Source of the DNA: Anthoceros angustus
Taxonomy: Eukaryota > Plantae > Anthocerotophyta
Direction: 5' to 3'
DNA length: 64,000 bases
Assembly (NCBI GenBank): GCA_010909165.1
Contig: VJWM01000108.1
Location: forward strand, 744,001-808,000
Part shown: piece by piece, positions 24,301-36,800 of the stretch
Position numbering within the stretch: position 1 is the first letter of the stretch
How the letters are laid out: every line of letters begins with the position of its first letter
Program-made: the position numbers and the translations under genes
Notes under the pieces: model-generated
Databases searched by the model: none
Seen by the model: only the letters and a program-made list of their open reading frames with translations
Told to the model about the DNA's origin: nothing

Positions 24301-27300
24301 CACCGATTCATATTTATGAGCTCCAAGGATTATTGAAGCCGTGTGAATTGAATTTTTCCAAGATGGACTTCCAAGTGGTATCATTGGATGCAGGAGTCCC
24401 TAAGCCCGTGAGAGAAGTTCCCAACAAGAGACGGGAAGAAGAGGAAAGCAATGGAGGAGCCTACTACTTGTCCCACGCAGTGAAGGAGGAGAAGAAGTTC
24501 ATTCAGAGCATCGGGGAAGAAGGTGGTAGGAAGCGGTGAGTTGGATCCACTCCCTGGTGGAGAGCGAAGAAGCTCGTGGAGAGAGTCAAGGCGGCTTCCA
24601 TTGCGGAGGAAGCCGCAAGAAGAGTATGGGAGGAAGAGAAGGAGAAACCAGCCGGGCGGAACTTGGGCAAGTAGGAAGGGCATAACCCATGGGGCTCGAG
24701 GCCCACCGCCTACCAGGGGCAGCCGATGACGTGAGGGTGAGGCACCCCCTCAGAGGGAAGTGAGCGTAGGGTCGAGTCCCCACGACGGTGTGGCACCCGA
24801 GGTAGTGAGGGGTGCAAGTGTCCCTACCTATAGGCGAGGGGCTCCTAGTGGAGTGGCAGCCGCGATGGATAGGCCTATGGATAGGCCTATGGAGGGGCCC
24901 GAAGGAGGCGTTCACATGAGCCAGAGAATGGAGCTAGGGGGTGACATGGTTTTGGAATTGGAACGACCCATGGATGTCTCAAACATCCGTGGCGACTTGG
25001 ACACTTTGGGAGAGGTGTGGCGCATGTGTGGGATAGCAAGGAACTTGGATGAGAGGAGGCTTGCCCATGTTGTAGCTACCCTCCTAAGTGGGGCTACCCT
25101 CATAAATCAGCGGGAAGGAGTAGAACTAGGTACCTTTAGGGGTGTTGGGGCCGCCTCAGTAGGAAACGTGGATACAGAAGAATTAAGGGCAGCTCAAACT
25201 AGGATTTTAGAGCTAGAGTCAAGTGTAGGTAGGCTTGAGAGAAAGGCGACTTACATGGGAGCTTGAGGGAGTCGCTGCGTTGAGGCATCAAGAGATGGTG
25301 CAAGAGTTGGATGGCATTATGGTGACACGCGCTAAGGAGAAGGAAGGATGGGTCTTGGAGAAGAGAGGGATGAGAGAACAAGTCCAACAATTGGTGTGTG
25401 CCATGGCGATGGCCAAGAAGGATGTAAAGGAGGTCCGAGCCTTGGAGACTAAGGATGAGTTATTAAATGGCAAGGACCTCGAGGTAGGAGAATTGAGAAG
25501 GAGAAGGAGACCCTACAAGAGTCATGGGACTCCAAGCGGAGTTAGAAGCCAAGGGGTGAGAGCTAATCGTAGGGCCTCGCAAGAGGAAGAGAGTCGCAAG
25601 AAAGCCGAGGACATGGTACGCGCTGGTTGTGCGAAGAGAAGGTTCAGAGCCGATCATACCTTGCAAAAGAGGATGTTGAGGCGCGTCCACGATGCGGAGG
25701 AGAAGTATCATGCTATGTCCATACAAGTGGGCATTGGTGTGGAAAGGGAGGCTTTGCAAGAGAAGTGTGGACGGCGAGTGGCCGCAGACTTGGAAGACTT
25801 GAAGAACAAATATCGCAACCTACAGTTAATTCGCCAATAGAGCTAGAATCAAGGCTGATCTGGTAGAGCTTTGAGGGAGAGGTTGGCACGGATGATAGAA
25901 GGATGCTAGCTAGAAGGTTTGAAGGTCATGGACCTTGTGACCCAAGCGAGACGGTGGAGTCGATGAGTCGAATGGGAAGAAATGAATGAGCAAGCCGTGA
26001 GGAGATGACTCGGAGGAGGAAGAGGAAGGCATGGAGCAAGATCCGCTCACGGAGACCTTCTTGCGGTGGAGGCGTGGAGGCGGTAGGGCCATAAGAAGTG
26101 ACCCCGTCCGTAGGAGGTGTAGAGGGTGGCCCCTACATCCGTAGGATCACCCGGGGTCGGCATCTAGAGGTAATTGAAGAGGGTGGTGGTAGCTTGGAGC
26201 GTGGGCTCATTGCTTAGGGGAAGACTTTTCTTTAGGGAGGACAGCATTAATGCTTGTCAACCCGATAGGGTGTGTTGACTAGCTGGATAGGAATGTTGGC
26301 GAGCCATTAAGGCTCACATAGGTAGAATTTGCTAGAATAGAATTTCACCCAAGATGCTTGGATGTCGAACTTAAGTCACGGTAGGATACTAAAATAAGGA
26401 GTGAGGCAGGGAGGGCGCCAGGGAGGTGTGTGAGGACCTCCCTACAAAAGGAGGGAGCTTGTGAAGTAAAATTATCGTGTCTTGCGCTCCCATCCTCTGA
26501 GTCCTTCACTTTGCGAATTTCGTCTTGCAAGCCAGCGATGTCTGGTAGAGAGGAGCGGAGTCTTTGGGTGGAGGGCTTGCTCTTTCGGGCGCCACTCCCT
26601 TGTGAATGGTTCTTTGTGTGAATTGTTTTGCTTTGAGTGTGTGGCGATGCTCAAGGAACTCTCGGCTTGAGGGTAGGCTGGGGAAGACTCCACTGGAGGT
26701 TCTCATTGCACTGGTGCAAACCACATAACCAAGCCAAGGAAGAACTCGTTAATTCGAGACGGACCCAGGCGATTGTGCCGTAAGGCGAGTTGGAATTAAT
26801 GAGCCGACAATTGGTGTTAGAGTAGGAGATTGTGGAGGAAGGAAGGGTAGATGAGTAGAAGAAGGGCGTTGTTGATTGAGAGAGTTGTGAGGAGGATTAG
26901 AGTGTAGGAAAAGCGGAGGCCACAGGCGAGCCTAAGGGACGAATCCCAAATCTGCAAGTAAGAGGCTCACTGTGTGGAGAAGAGTGTCTTAGGAGTAGGG
27001 ACAGTTGCGGTGTGGGTCGGGGGTCACAGGCGCCGTGATAGACACCTTCTTTGTTAAGAGTAACACCAATTGTGTGTCGTTGTAGGTTGAGGTTTGGTGA
27101 GTTCTGAAGGCGATGGGGCGTAGCTCTTTGTAGAGGGCGTGAGAGGGCGCCTTGCTTGTTTAGAAGGCTGAGGTAGTGGTGTGTAGGCTGTGGTAGTGAC
27201 GGTTCTCAAGATCCGTGTACCACAAGTCTCATGGGGCCGAAACCCAGCGTCTGAAGCGGCGGTGGGATAAGTGTGGCGCTGGGGAATCTCGGAGTGCCCG

Positions 27301-27315
27301 GGGTTTTCCTCCACA
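21339..27315. mobile_element. Element C: ~6.0-kb nested insertion with TGTGGA..TCCACA ends and 5-bp TSD; no LTR pair seen (giant solo LTR or non-autonomous Ty3/gypsy derivative)
   Basis: Absent at the orthologous sites of B2 (~38845) and B3 (~49945). Flanks are CTTTG (21334-21338) and CTTTA (27316-27320). Terminal inverted repeat TGTGGAAG / CCTCCACA. Confidence 0.85.
23670..26100 (+). CDS. Frameshifted long ORF in element C: globular N-terminal part, low-complexity linker, coiled coil, acidic tail; resembles accessory ORFs of Tat/Ogre-type retrotransposons
   Basis: Consecutive plus-strand fragments 23856-24125, 24207-24539, 24760-25266 and 25235-25840 (E/K/R-rich helical text such as EELRAAQTRILELESSVGRLE and KEKEGWVLEKRGMREQVQQL). 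Family assignment is inference. Confidence 0.55.
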
Positions 27316-27649
27316 CTTTATGGCAAGTAAAGGATGGGTAAGATTCCTCTTCCCGATAGCTATCCAATTTCTCTTTGGGTGGTGATGCCTAGCCACATGG
27401 TTGCGAAATTCTCAACAGATGAGGGCGATTGGAATTCCTACGAGTCATATCGACAAGATTTTCTAGTGACTTCTAGTTGCATCATTTACTAGAAGTTTAG
27501 AGCGTTTCAAATCAATTAACCTAGTGCTAAGCATGCAGGGGCCTACAATCCATTATGCACACAACCTAGCCTACTCACGAGGATAGAGTCGCTATATATG
27601 TGCGTAATGCGATCTATAGACTCAGCATTGCAGCACTAAATTGTATTAT

Positions 27650-27661
27650 GCTCTGATACCA
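27650..27661 (-). promoter_or_regulatory. Primer-binding site (tRNA-iMet) of B1
   Basis: Minus strand TGGTATCAGAGC directly after the 5' LTR. Confidence 0.92.
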
Positions 27662-27826
27662 TGTAAATAAATAACGCGGAAGCTCTCGTACACCAAACTC
27701 ACATGTGCACAAGAGAATGAACAACAACTAAATTCAACGAACAAAATTGTGTCTTATATACTTCCATCAACGAAACCCTAATATTAACCATGCGGGGTTA
27801 ACTAGACCTCAACAAATAACCTAACA
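27662..27826 (-). mobile_element. B1 5' LTR
   Basis: TG..CA, adjacent to the PBS. Confidence 0.9.
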
Positions 27827-29710
27827 GTATGATGGCAATGAGGCTTGGTGGAGCAAGGAAAAGCATCTCTGCGGTGTTAAATTCAAGCACTCAGCTACAC
27901 CATTTTGTTGTGGTGTGTATCTGTTGAAGTTGTCGTCCTATCCCTCATACAATAGGCTTGAAATTCGTTTGATGTGAATTCACTACCATTATCGAGCGGA
28001 GGGTTTTAGGTATTTTCAGTCCATCTCTGTATACTTCATACTTTAAAGCGAAGTATTCACACTTTCGAGAATATAAGCCATGACAAATCTGGTCTTGTCG
28101 TCTGCAGCAGATGTTAGGAAATATGCACCACCAATTGAGTGAAAGTGGCCCCATATGTCGATGACGAGCTCAAGAACGTGAAGCCACATGAGAGCTTGGT
28201 TCTTGAAGGCCTGATGACGTTTGGGCAAGATCACAGTGCTTCACAAAAGTGGTAAGGGTGGCGGCCGCCAATTTTTCCATCACCATACATGTCACTAGCT
28301 AGTTTCGTAACTCAGCGTGAGGGTGACCTAAACGTGCATGCCATAACCTAGCTTTTTCTATCTGCTTTGCGGCGCTGCGATTGTCTCTTGAGACTTAGAA
28401 GCTAAGTGTGTTACGCATCATCACTGCTGTAAAATGCGAAACCAGTTCATGGTCTGCGGAACCATAAGCTACTTTTCGATGATCAATGCATCGACGATCC
28501 TACATTCCGGAGTGACAGGATATAGTTGTTATCCATGTTGAGCTTCCTATAGATGAGGGTTCCTAGTCATTTCGTGACATGATACACATCTATGAGTAAG
28601 AGTGTGATCCACTGAAGGCTGGAATTTTCAACATGCCTATTCCTAGAGACACAAGTGATCTATCACCAGTGGCTCGATCTTTAGGTGGTCTATATGACGA
28701 ATGCGTTTCTATCGAAACTAATATGCGCTGTTGCATCTCATCAAAACCACTCATGTCGTCTCCCTTGTGTGTTTGTTGGCCAGGACATGGGGTTATAGCA
28801 GGATGAGCAAACTCCTAGTCCCTAGTGGGGATGAAGGGAAGCTTGCTTTTTCACCATGGCGTGTGTCTCAAAAGTGGGGTTGCCCTCCTTGCAGGTACCC
28901 CAGATGCTTCTTTCGACACTTGCTTTCCCAATGACACCGGAATCGCAGTGGCATTTCAGTCTTCTTGGGTTTCTTCACGTAGAAGTAGCTCATTTGTGAC
29001 ACGCTAGCACTTGAGGTGTTTACCTACGAGTTAGGCTTCTTTGTTTGTTTGTGGTGTAAAGAGCTGCTGCGCCGGCATGCACCGTTAGTTCCTCTTGTTG
29101 CTTCTTCCGGAGAAGAGCTCTAACTCTGAAAGCGTTGTTTGGGAAGGGTAAAACTGCGGCCTTAGCTAGTTTGGCCCGAGCGTTGTAGGGCGTCACAAAG
29201 TGTGACCACGACTGGGAGTGACATCATGAAATACAATGAGTAAATCATGCTTGAGAGATTCACGAGAAGCGCTCTAGCTTAGAAACCGATGTTCTAAAGA
29301 ATCCAAGATGTTTTCAATTGTATCTCTCTCATTTTGCGATTCTGAACATTCTGAAGTCTTGTCGACTGGTATTTGTGCTGCGTATAGATCTTGAAGCTGG
29401 ACCATATATCTCGGTGAAGTCTTGCATCAGGTGTCTACATGTCGGAGGTCAACCCACTCGGATCGGTACATGGGCTTCATCCCTAATATATTGTCCATGC
29501 ATCCCGATTCTTCTTTCGATAATAGAAGGAGTGGGTGGAGTCAGTGCAATGGCGTGAAACTTGTCCTCCCCTTTGGCCAGCTTCCATAGGCTGCTTGTTT
29601 TGTAGTGTTCCTCGCATCCGCATAACCTAGATATCATAATCTGCTCCCCCAAATCATCCTTTTCCTTGAAGCCATCTCCACCAAGGTTAGTGTTTGGCTC
29701 ACCATGTTAG
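27827..29710 (-). pseudogene. Element A gag-PR-integrase core, unit 3 (right of B1)
   Basis: Resumes homology with 4635-6545. Confidence 0.85.
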
Positions 29711-30876
29711 GATTTTGTAGGTCCTTCCTAGAGTTAGGATTTTTATATACATTAGACTAATGCTCTGTCGACCTAACCTCTGCAGTCAAGGGCTAATGGT
29801 TCAAGGGTATCTAAGATGCTATTGATGCATCAAAGATGGCAAAGCTGCGCGATTTTACAAAGGGTTAGCATGTACATTAGCTAGGTGGTTGTGCATTTGA
29901 ACTTCTGTTTGCAATCCTTTGTTTTCTAATCTCCCACTTGTTAAATGCGTAGGTGGAGCAAGAGGACATGAATTTGGAGCATCAAATGTATGCGACTTAT
30001 TTGTTTTATTTGCACGCTTACATGCAACACCCACGGAGGCTGGGTTAGCAAGTAAAGCGGGCTTTAACAATGTAACTTCAAGTCCAAATGTCCCTATACT
30101 CTTCGGATCTTGTAAGTCTACACGATGGCGACCTTCGTTCGGTGATGTTTTGAAAAGCGTCTATCAACATGTTCTTTGGTGTGCTTCAGTCGGCATTTAA
30201 GCGTGATACACTTGTGTGTGGTGCGACATGTGTGGTCGGAAACCCCAGGATTACATTACCATGGAATGCTCGCAACACCGCGCCTCTGAAGATTGTTAGG
30301 GTTTCTAGGTGGAGGGGCAAACACGGATGGCGCTGTTCGGGGAAGAGTCGCCAATCAATGTGTTGAATGCCTTACTTCAAGAACAAGTGCGGCTGATTTT
30401 GCTTGTTGTCCATTCGTATGCATTGGTGGAGCGATTATGCATCATTTTGCGGCACTCCTTGCCCTCTGGCGGTCAGCGTGGAATCGCTCGGCGTGGCTGC
30501 CATTGTTGCCCGTCCAATAGATTGGCCACTCATTTGGCTAGGATTTTGTGTTTTAGAATTTTTCGAGAACCATTTTGTAATTCTATATGATTTTTATATA
30601 AAGATTTGTGCCAATTCGGCGATTGTTCTAGTGTACCTAGTGTCAAATTGCTCTCTACAATCGACAGGTGCACTAGAACGAACTCTAGAAATGCAAATTT
30701 TCTAAATAAAAATCAAGAAAAGAAACTACAAGTTGGTTCTTGATCATTTTCTTGTTTTCTCATTAGAAAATTGTTTTCTAAACAAGAAACAAACACAACA
30801 CATATTTGTGCACATCCAAATGTGCCCAATTTAATGTGCATTCTCATGAATGCAATCTATACGTAGCTCGATACCA

Positions 30877-31102
30877 TAACAAAATATGTAATGGGTGCAT
30901 CAATTAACATATTAATTACATTGTATATATGTGTATATAAGGAAAACACAAGTATATGAAAGCGAGAACTAGACTTAACTTAATAATGAAAGGCATGACT
31001 CTTTGCTAAAGGGCGTAACCCTAATGAAAGGGTAAGTAAACTAAATTAAATCTAAGTGCACACTCTATATATGTAGATATAACTAACCGAAATAACTCAA
31101 CA
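30877..31102 (-). mobile_element. Element A LTR (shared copy 4)
   Basis: PBS remnant at 30866-30876; PPT-like flank on the right. Confidence 0.8.
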
Positions 31103-31114
31103 CTACTATCTCCA

Positions 31115-31808
31115 TTGCTGGCCCAGGCAATGGCTGGCCAAAAATCCAAGAATGGCCGTCCAACGCTGATAATGGTGGCCATACAATGGCTGGCCCACAA
31201 TGGTGGCCCCACAATGGCTAGCCATACAATCAATGCAGTGCACGGCCTGATACAACCATACAATCATTTGACCACAATGGCTGGCCATACAATGGTGGCC
31301 ATACAATGGCAGCCATACAATGGCCACAACCATACAATGGTCCACAATGGTGTCGCCATACAATGGCCTGATGGCTGGCCATACAATGGCTGGCCACAAT
31401 GGTGACCATACAATGGCTGGCCCCACAATCTGGTACAATGGCTGGCCCTGACCAATGGCCCGACAATGGCTGGCCGACAATGGTGGCGACAATGGTGGCG
31501 ACAATGGGTACGGCGGCGACAATGGTCCATACAATGGCTAGCCCGACAATGGCTGACCATACAATGGCTGGCTTCCTTCAGTAACGACAATGGCTGGCCG
31601 ACAATGGCAGCCATACAATGGATGGCCAAAATCCAAGAATGGCGCCTAACGCCGCAATGGGCCGGCCCGGCGATGGTTGGCCCGATGATGGCCGTGACAG
31701 CGTTGGCTGGCCCGACAATGCTGGGCATAAAATGGCTGGCAAAATCGTGAATGGCGCCGTACGCCTTAATGGCGGCCCGAACAATGGCTAGCCATCTGAA
31801 TGGTCATA
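31115..31808. repeat. CAATGG minisatellite, unit 4
   Basis: Direct inspection. Confidence 0.95.
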
Positions 31809-31944
31809 TATTAGCGCAAAGGCGGCATGTACAAACATGTACCATCGAAGTGCGCTTGTGGGTGTAGAGGTGGCACCTACTCATAATAAGAACACTTAAG
31901 AAAATGCCAAAGAGGCGTGGCGTACTAGTATTAGCGCCCGCTCA

Positions 31945-32272
31945 TAACAATAATAAAGAGTTTAAAAATGAAGAACACATTTCGAGAAAAATATTTTACA
32001 ACGTAATCTCAACAAAGGAGCCACATCATCAATCGCTGATATATATTACCTCAAATCATATTTTTTGATTAATAATAAAAGAGTTTTAACGAGAATAAAG
32101 GCCATTTTGAGAAAATATTTTACAATGTAATCTATAACAAGGAAGCCACATCATCAATTGCTATTGTAATGGCTGAAATCATATTTTTTGATTAATGATG
32201 ATAAAATATTTTTTGAAGAAATAAAGATCAAAATTTGAGAAAAAGGCTTTACAACGTAATCTACAACAAGGG
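31945..32272. repeat. AT-rich ~125-bp minisatellite, unit 4 (shortened by deletion)
   Basis: Three monomer cores; the upstream ~425 bp are missing. Confidence 0.85.
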
Positions 32273-32309
32273 CCTTAACGCCGACAATGGCTATTGATGG
32301 CTGGCCCGG

Positions 32310-32780
32310 AAGGAGGAGGTTCTTTGCTAGTAAGTCATTAGCAAAATTGCTTCATCACCTCCTCATCATTTTGATGTTGTTCTTCTTCCCCAGAGCAATC
32401 TCCTCAAGTGCGAAGTCGTGAAAAGCGGTGGCGTCGGGAAGAGCGGAGAGGTCGAAATCCTCACGTGTGAGTGGGAAATCCACTTGCGGCCAAGTCCCAG
32501 CTTTCATCAAAGGTGACCTGCGTGTGTGGACCACCTTGTTACGAGGTACGCTCATAAAGCATAGCTTTTATACCTTCTGTATCCTATCATAAGGAATTTC
32601 TTGGCCTTAGCAGCTAACTTGGTTCTCTTGGCCTTAGGAATGAAAGCGTAAGCTATGCAACGAGGTTCGAAGATGAAGGATAGCGGTTTTCTACCAGAAA
32701 GCTTCATAACGGGTATGTCCTAAAGGTGCGGTGGTGGGCAATCTGCGTAAATAAACAAGCATGAGGGCCTCAAATATGTG
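32310..32780 (-). pseudogene. Element A integrase C-terminal part, unit 4
   Basis: Homologous to 14935-15389. Confidence 0.8.
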
Positions 32781-32943
32781 TGTAAATAAATAGCAGCAGC
32801 TCGTACACCAAACTCACATGTGCACAAGAGAATGAACAACAACTAAATTCAACGATCAAAATTGTGTCTTATATACTTCCATAAAGCGAAACCCTAATGT
32901 TAACCATGCGAGGTTAACTAGACCTCAACAAATAACCCTAACA

Positions 32944-32956
32944 CTCCCTCTTAACC
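32944..32956 (-). promoter_or_regulatory. Polypurine tract of B2
   Basis: Minus strand GGTTAAGAGGGAG immediately before the TGTTAGGG of the 3' LTR. Confidence 0.85.
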
Positions 32957-33885
32957 CAAGCAGGGGTTAGCAGAACGGAATCTAGGAGAAGCGGTGTCTA
33001 GGCTACGCTCCGTTTCCGGTCTTGGGCGTAAAGGCGTCGAGCAAGCGGGCGTGAGTGATGGCTGGCAGGTTACAGCGGGGGCGGTCGGACGTGAGCGCAG
33101 GCAGCGATGTCGGTGTGTGGCCATGAAGAGAAAATAGCAAGCTTGCGATCCACCCGTTATAGCGGCGAGCATAGCGGCGAGCACCGGCATGGGGCATGGC
33201 AAGTGGAACGCTACCAAGGAAGGTGGCCACCACCAAAGGGGCGGCCAGTTCTTGGACTTGAACTCGGGAATTTCGGCGGTGATGGTCGACCCAAGTCCCT
33301 CTTGTCTTGTGAAGAGGATAAGCATTCGGGGTGTGTGACGAACCGAAATGGTCTCACACCTCATCTTGACCACGAAGAAGATGGAGGAGCTCGGCCTCTT
33401 GATTAGCCAAATTGAGGTCAATTGAGCTGGAAGACACGGTAGGTAGAATCCTCTCCTCACGTGCCCGCATGTTTCTACTTACGTTCTGAGATTGAGAAGA
33501 TGGTCAAGGAGGTGGAGGAAATGGGCTTCGTGGGCACACTTGGAGATCGAGCACAGTGTGGGGCCAACATAAAACCCCTACCCTCCTTCACGGCATGGTA
33601 AGCAACTCAAAGTCACTATTTGTATTGGTAGTCGATCACGGGATCAGCTCACGTCTGGATTTGTCTTTGTTAAATTCATCCCGGTGATCCACTGTTTACA
33701 TGTGAGAGCTGCCTGAAGAGTACCACCTAGTGCCATGTGGTTTCCTTAACCTATATACGTACGAGGAGCAGTGAGGGACATGCACATCACGAGTGCCGGC
33801 AACTTGGGCTGTAAAGCAATCCCTGCGAGGACATGCCACTATTCCTGTCATTTGTAACGCACCTGCGCCATAGGTTGGTGAATTT

Positions 33886-36800
33886 CTAGGTTGCGATGGG
33901 CATAGAAAACACCCTCGGTCCAAGTGCAAGGTGCTTGTAGTGCTTTGGCTTACTTAAGCCCTTTGTAAGAATGTCGACAACATTATCTTGATCTTGACAT
34001 ACTCACTTTGCCTATGCCTTTGCTACATCTCGAATGTAATGGTGGTACAACTCAATATGCTTGGTTCTTGCATGGAAGCGGGGTTAGACACCAAGGCAAT
34101 AGGCGACATATTGTCCGAGCGACAGTTGGCCCTTCGTGGTAAGTGAAAGCGTCAAGAAATTGCGTTCCATTCTAACTCCTTACACGCATCCGTCAGGGCC
34201 TTGTACTCGGCTTGAGGGCGGTGCAAAGACGCACTTCTTACAAGACGATTAATGGCACCTTGTGCGGCAAAGCCTGAGTGGACTTTTCCTAGTGTCCACA
34301 TCGGATGCCCAATCGGCCGGCCGATGCTGAATAAGTCAAACTCCCTCTTGCTAGTCACGGTGTAGTGTAGGCCATATTGCATTGACCCTCGAAGGTAGCG
34401 ATATACTCGTTGCGGCACCCGGTGTGCTTTGCAGTGCCTTCAATTGCGACACAACACTAACGAGTAGGCGATGTCGGGGCGTGTCCAATTGGCGGAAAAT
34501 TAAATGACCTACGCCTCGCGTAACGGAACTCCAGGTCATCATAGCCTCATCAACATCACCTGGTGGCGGTCCGAGTGCTTTTCCCCACCTCATGGGTGTT
34601 GAAGCGAACTGCAGAATCAAATTAAACCTCTTAAGGATTTCTTTTTTATATTTGTCGATGTAGAATGATGGTGCCGTGTGACTCCGTAGGATCTGTAGAG
34701 ACGAGGCAAAGCGACATTTAATTCGGACCTAAGAAGGCCTTTCACTTGTGTCTGCTCGGGGTGATTGCTCAACGGTGCATCATCTACATGAAGAGCAAGG
34801 ATGACAAGCACCCATCAGAATCGAGGTAAAAACATTAGAGTCTGCTGGTGATTGAACAAAGCCATGCTTTTGAGGAACTTGATCCTCTTGTACCGAGGGC
34901 TTAAGCCCATATAAGGTTTTCACGACATGACTTTATTAGGAAATTGCTTATCAACAAATCCTTGAGTTGGTCCATATATAAGACCTCCTCGAGTTCCCCG
35001 TGAAGAAAGGCCGTGCAAACATCCATCGGTGGAGTTCGAGATCAAAGTGAGCGACCATGGCCCGGCAAAATCGAGCAGGCGGTTTGACAAGCTGGCGAAA
35101 AAGTGTCTCCATAATCGATTCAGTGCTATGAGAAACCCCAGCTACTAATGGTGATTTATACCATGCAATTGTACCATCTTGATTTAGTTTGAAAACCCAC
35201 TTACATGTGATAGGTTTCGGCCGAGGCAAGTCTGCGAGTTCAGGTGTTGTTCTTCACCGTGATTATACTCATCATCAATCGAAATCCTCAATGTTTACCA
35301 TCGGGCCCTTCAAGTGCCTCTTTGTAACTCGAGGATCGAGGCTAACTTGCACATGTATGTACATCACATGAGCTAATTATGCTGAAAATCGATAGCAGTG
35401 CGGAGGTTCACGCCACTCTGCCCGTGGGCGGCGTTCGCAGACGGGATCTGAGTATCCCCCATCAAGTCGGGAGGTGCTCCCTCTTCATCCGTATGATCTA
35501 AATTTATAAGAGACTCTTCCAACCAAGAGAACCAGTCACTATGACTTGCAACACTTGCGGCATCGCATCCAGTGCGATTCGGGTAGTGGCGGCATCGCAA
35601 GATGTTCATCTTCTTTATCCTCAAGTTCGGAGTGATCTACATTATTTGGAAGCTCATCATCTACTGATTAGGGTTCGAGGAAGAGGCATCTCTGACGGTG
35701 GGGCGAGGAGGATTTATCAACTCATCACGGGCTTGATCATCGATGTCTGGTGACTCTCCATCGGTGAGGATAATGGTGCTGAGATTGCTCGTCCACTAGT
35801 GAATTGGACGAGAAGAGCCGGCCCCTGTGTCCACATCGATCGTGGAAGACAAAGCTCCTTGAAAGTTGCACTTCTAGGCGAGTTATTTTTGATGTTCTTT
35901 GGATCAAAGCGGTTTGTAGGCCTTTGACTCCTCGGTATCCAACAAACACCAATTGTTTAGCCTGTCATCTAACTTCTTGCGCGGTATGAATGCATGGTGA
36001 TCAAAGACCTTGAGATGTGACAAGCTTGGCTTCCTTCCCGAGCTTCATAAGGTGTCTTTCCAGGCGAGGCGAGATGTGACTACTACATTCAACAAGTAAG
36101 TTCTTTGTCTGGACACTTAAGCTTTTATGCGACCCTCATTATGATAACATGCATCTAGTCATTCCCATAAGTGTGGTTTTTCCTCTCGGAACCCCGTTTT
36201 TCTGCGTGTAGGAGACGCAGAGAGTTGGCGAATAATTCCAAAGCTGCTGGAAGAGATCATCAAACTTGGCTGTGAATTCTCCTCCGTTATCGATCTGAAA
36301 CACTTCACCAAATGGCATGCCTAGCGTTGCACCATAGGGATCCGATAAGCAATCTAATCATACACATCACTCTTATGTTTGATGGGAAATGTCCATGTGT
36401 ATCGTGAAAAATCGTCATCAATGTTAGATATTCGGCACCTCCTAACGACTTGACACGGGATTTTTCCAGCAATATCGGCATGTATGAGTTCAAGCAAGGC
36501 CTTGGCACGATTAGGTGTCTTGTTCTTAAATGGTAGCTCCTTCTGCTTGGACAGTATACAGGAGCTGCAAGACTCTAAAAGCTTGAAACAGGAAGGTAAC
36601 TTCTCCCTATACAAATCTGAATTGGCCATGACGTTCAGCTTGAACTTGTTGACATGACCCAACCTTGCATGCCAGAGATTAGCTTGTGCATATGATGCAG
36701 CAACTAAAGCCCTAGCTCTAGACTTGGTAGCGTGACTGGTACTAGGATCATTGTAGTATGGCCTTAGCTACATAGTCTTGTGGGTTACTAAACATAAATG

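Larger units (their letters stand above)
15390..27826 (-). mobile_element. Ty1/copia element B, copy 1 (full length, contains nested element C)
   Basis: ~165-bp LTRs TGTAAAT..CTAACA at both ends, PBS GCTCTGATACCA at 27650-27661, PPT complement CTCCC next to the left LTR, gag-PR-IN-RT-RH order, and a noisy 5-bp TSD close to AGATG of the empty site (9990-9994). Confidence 0.92.
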
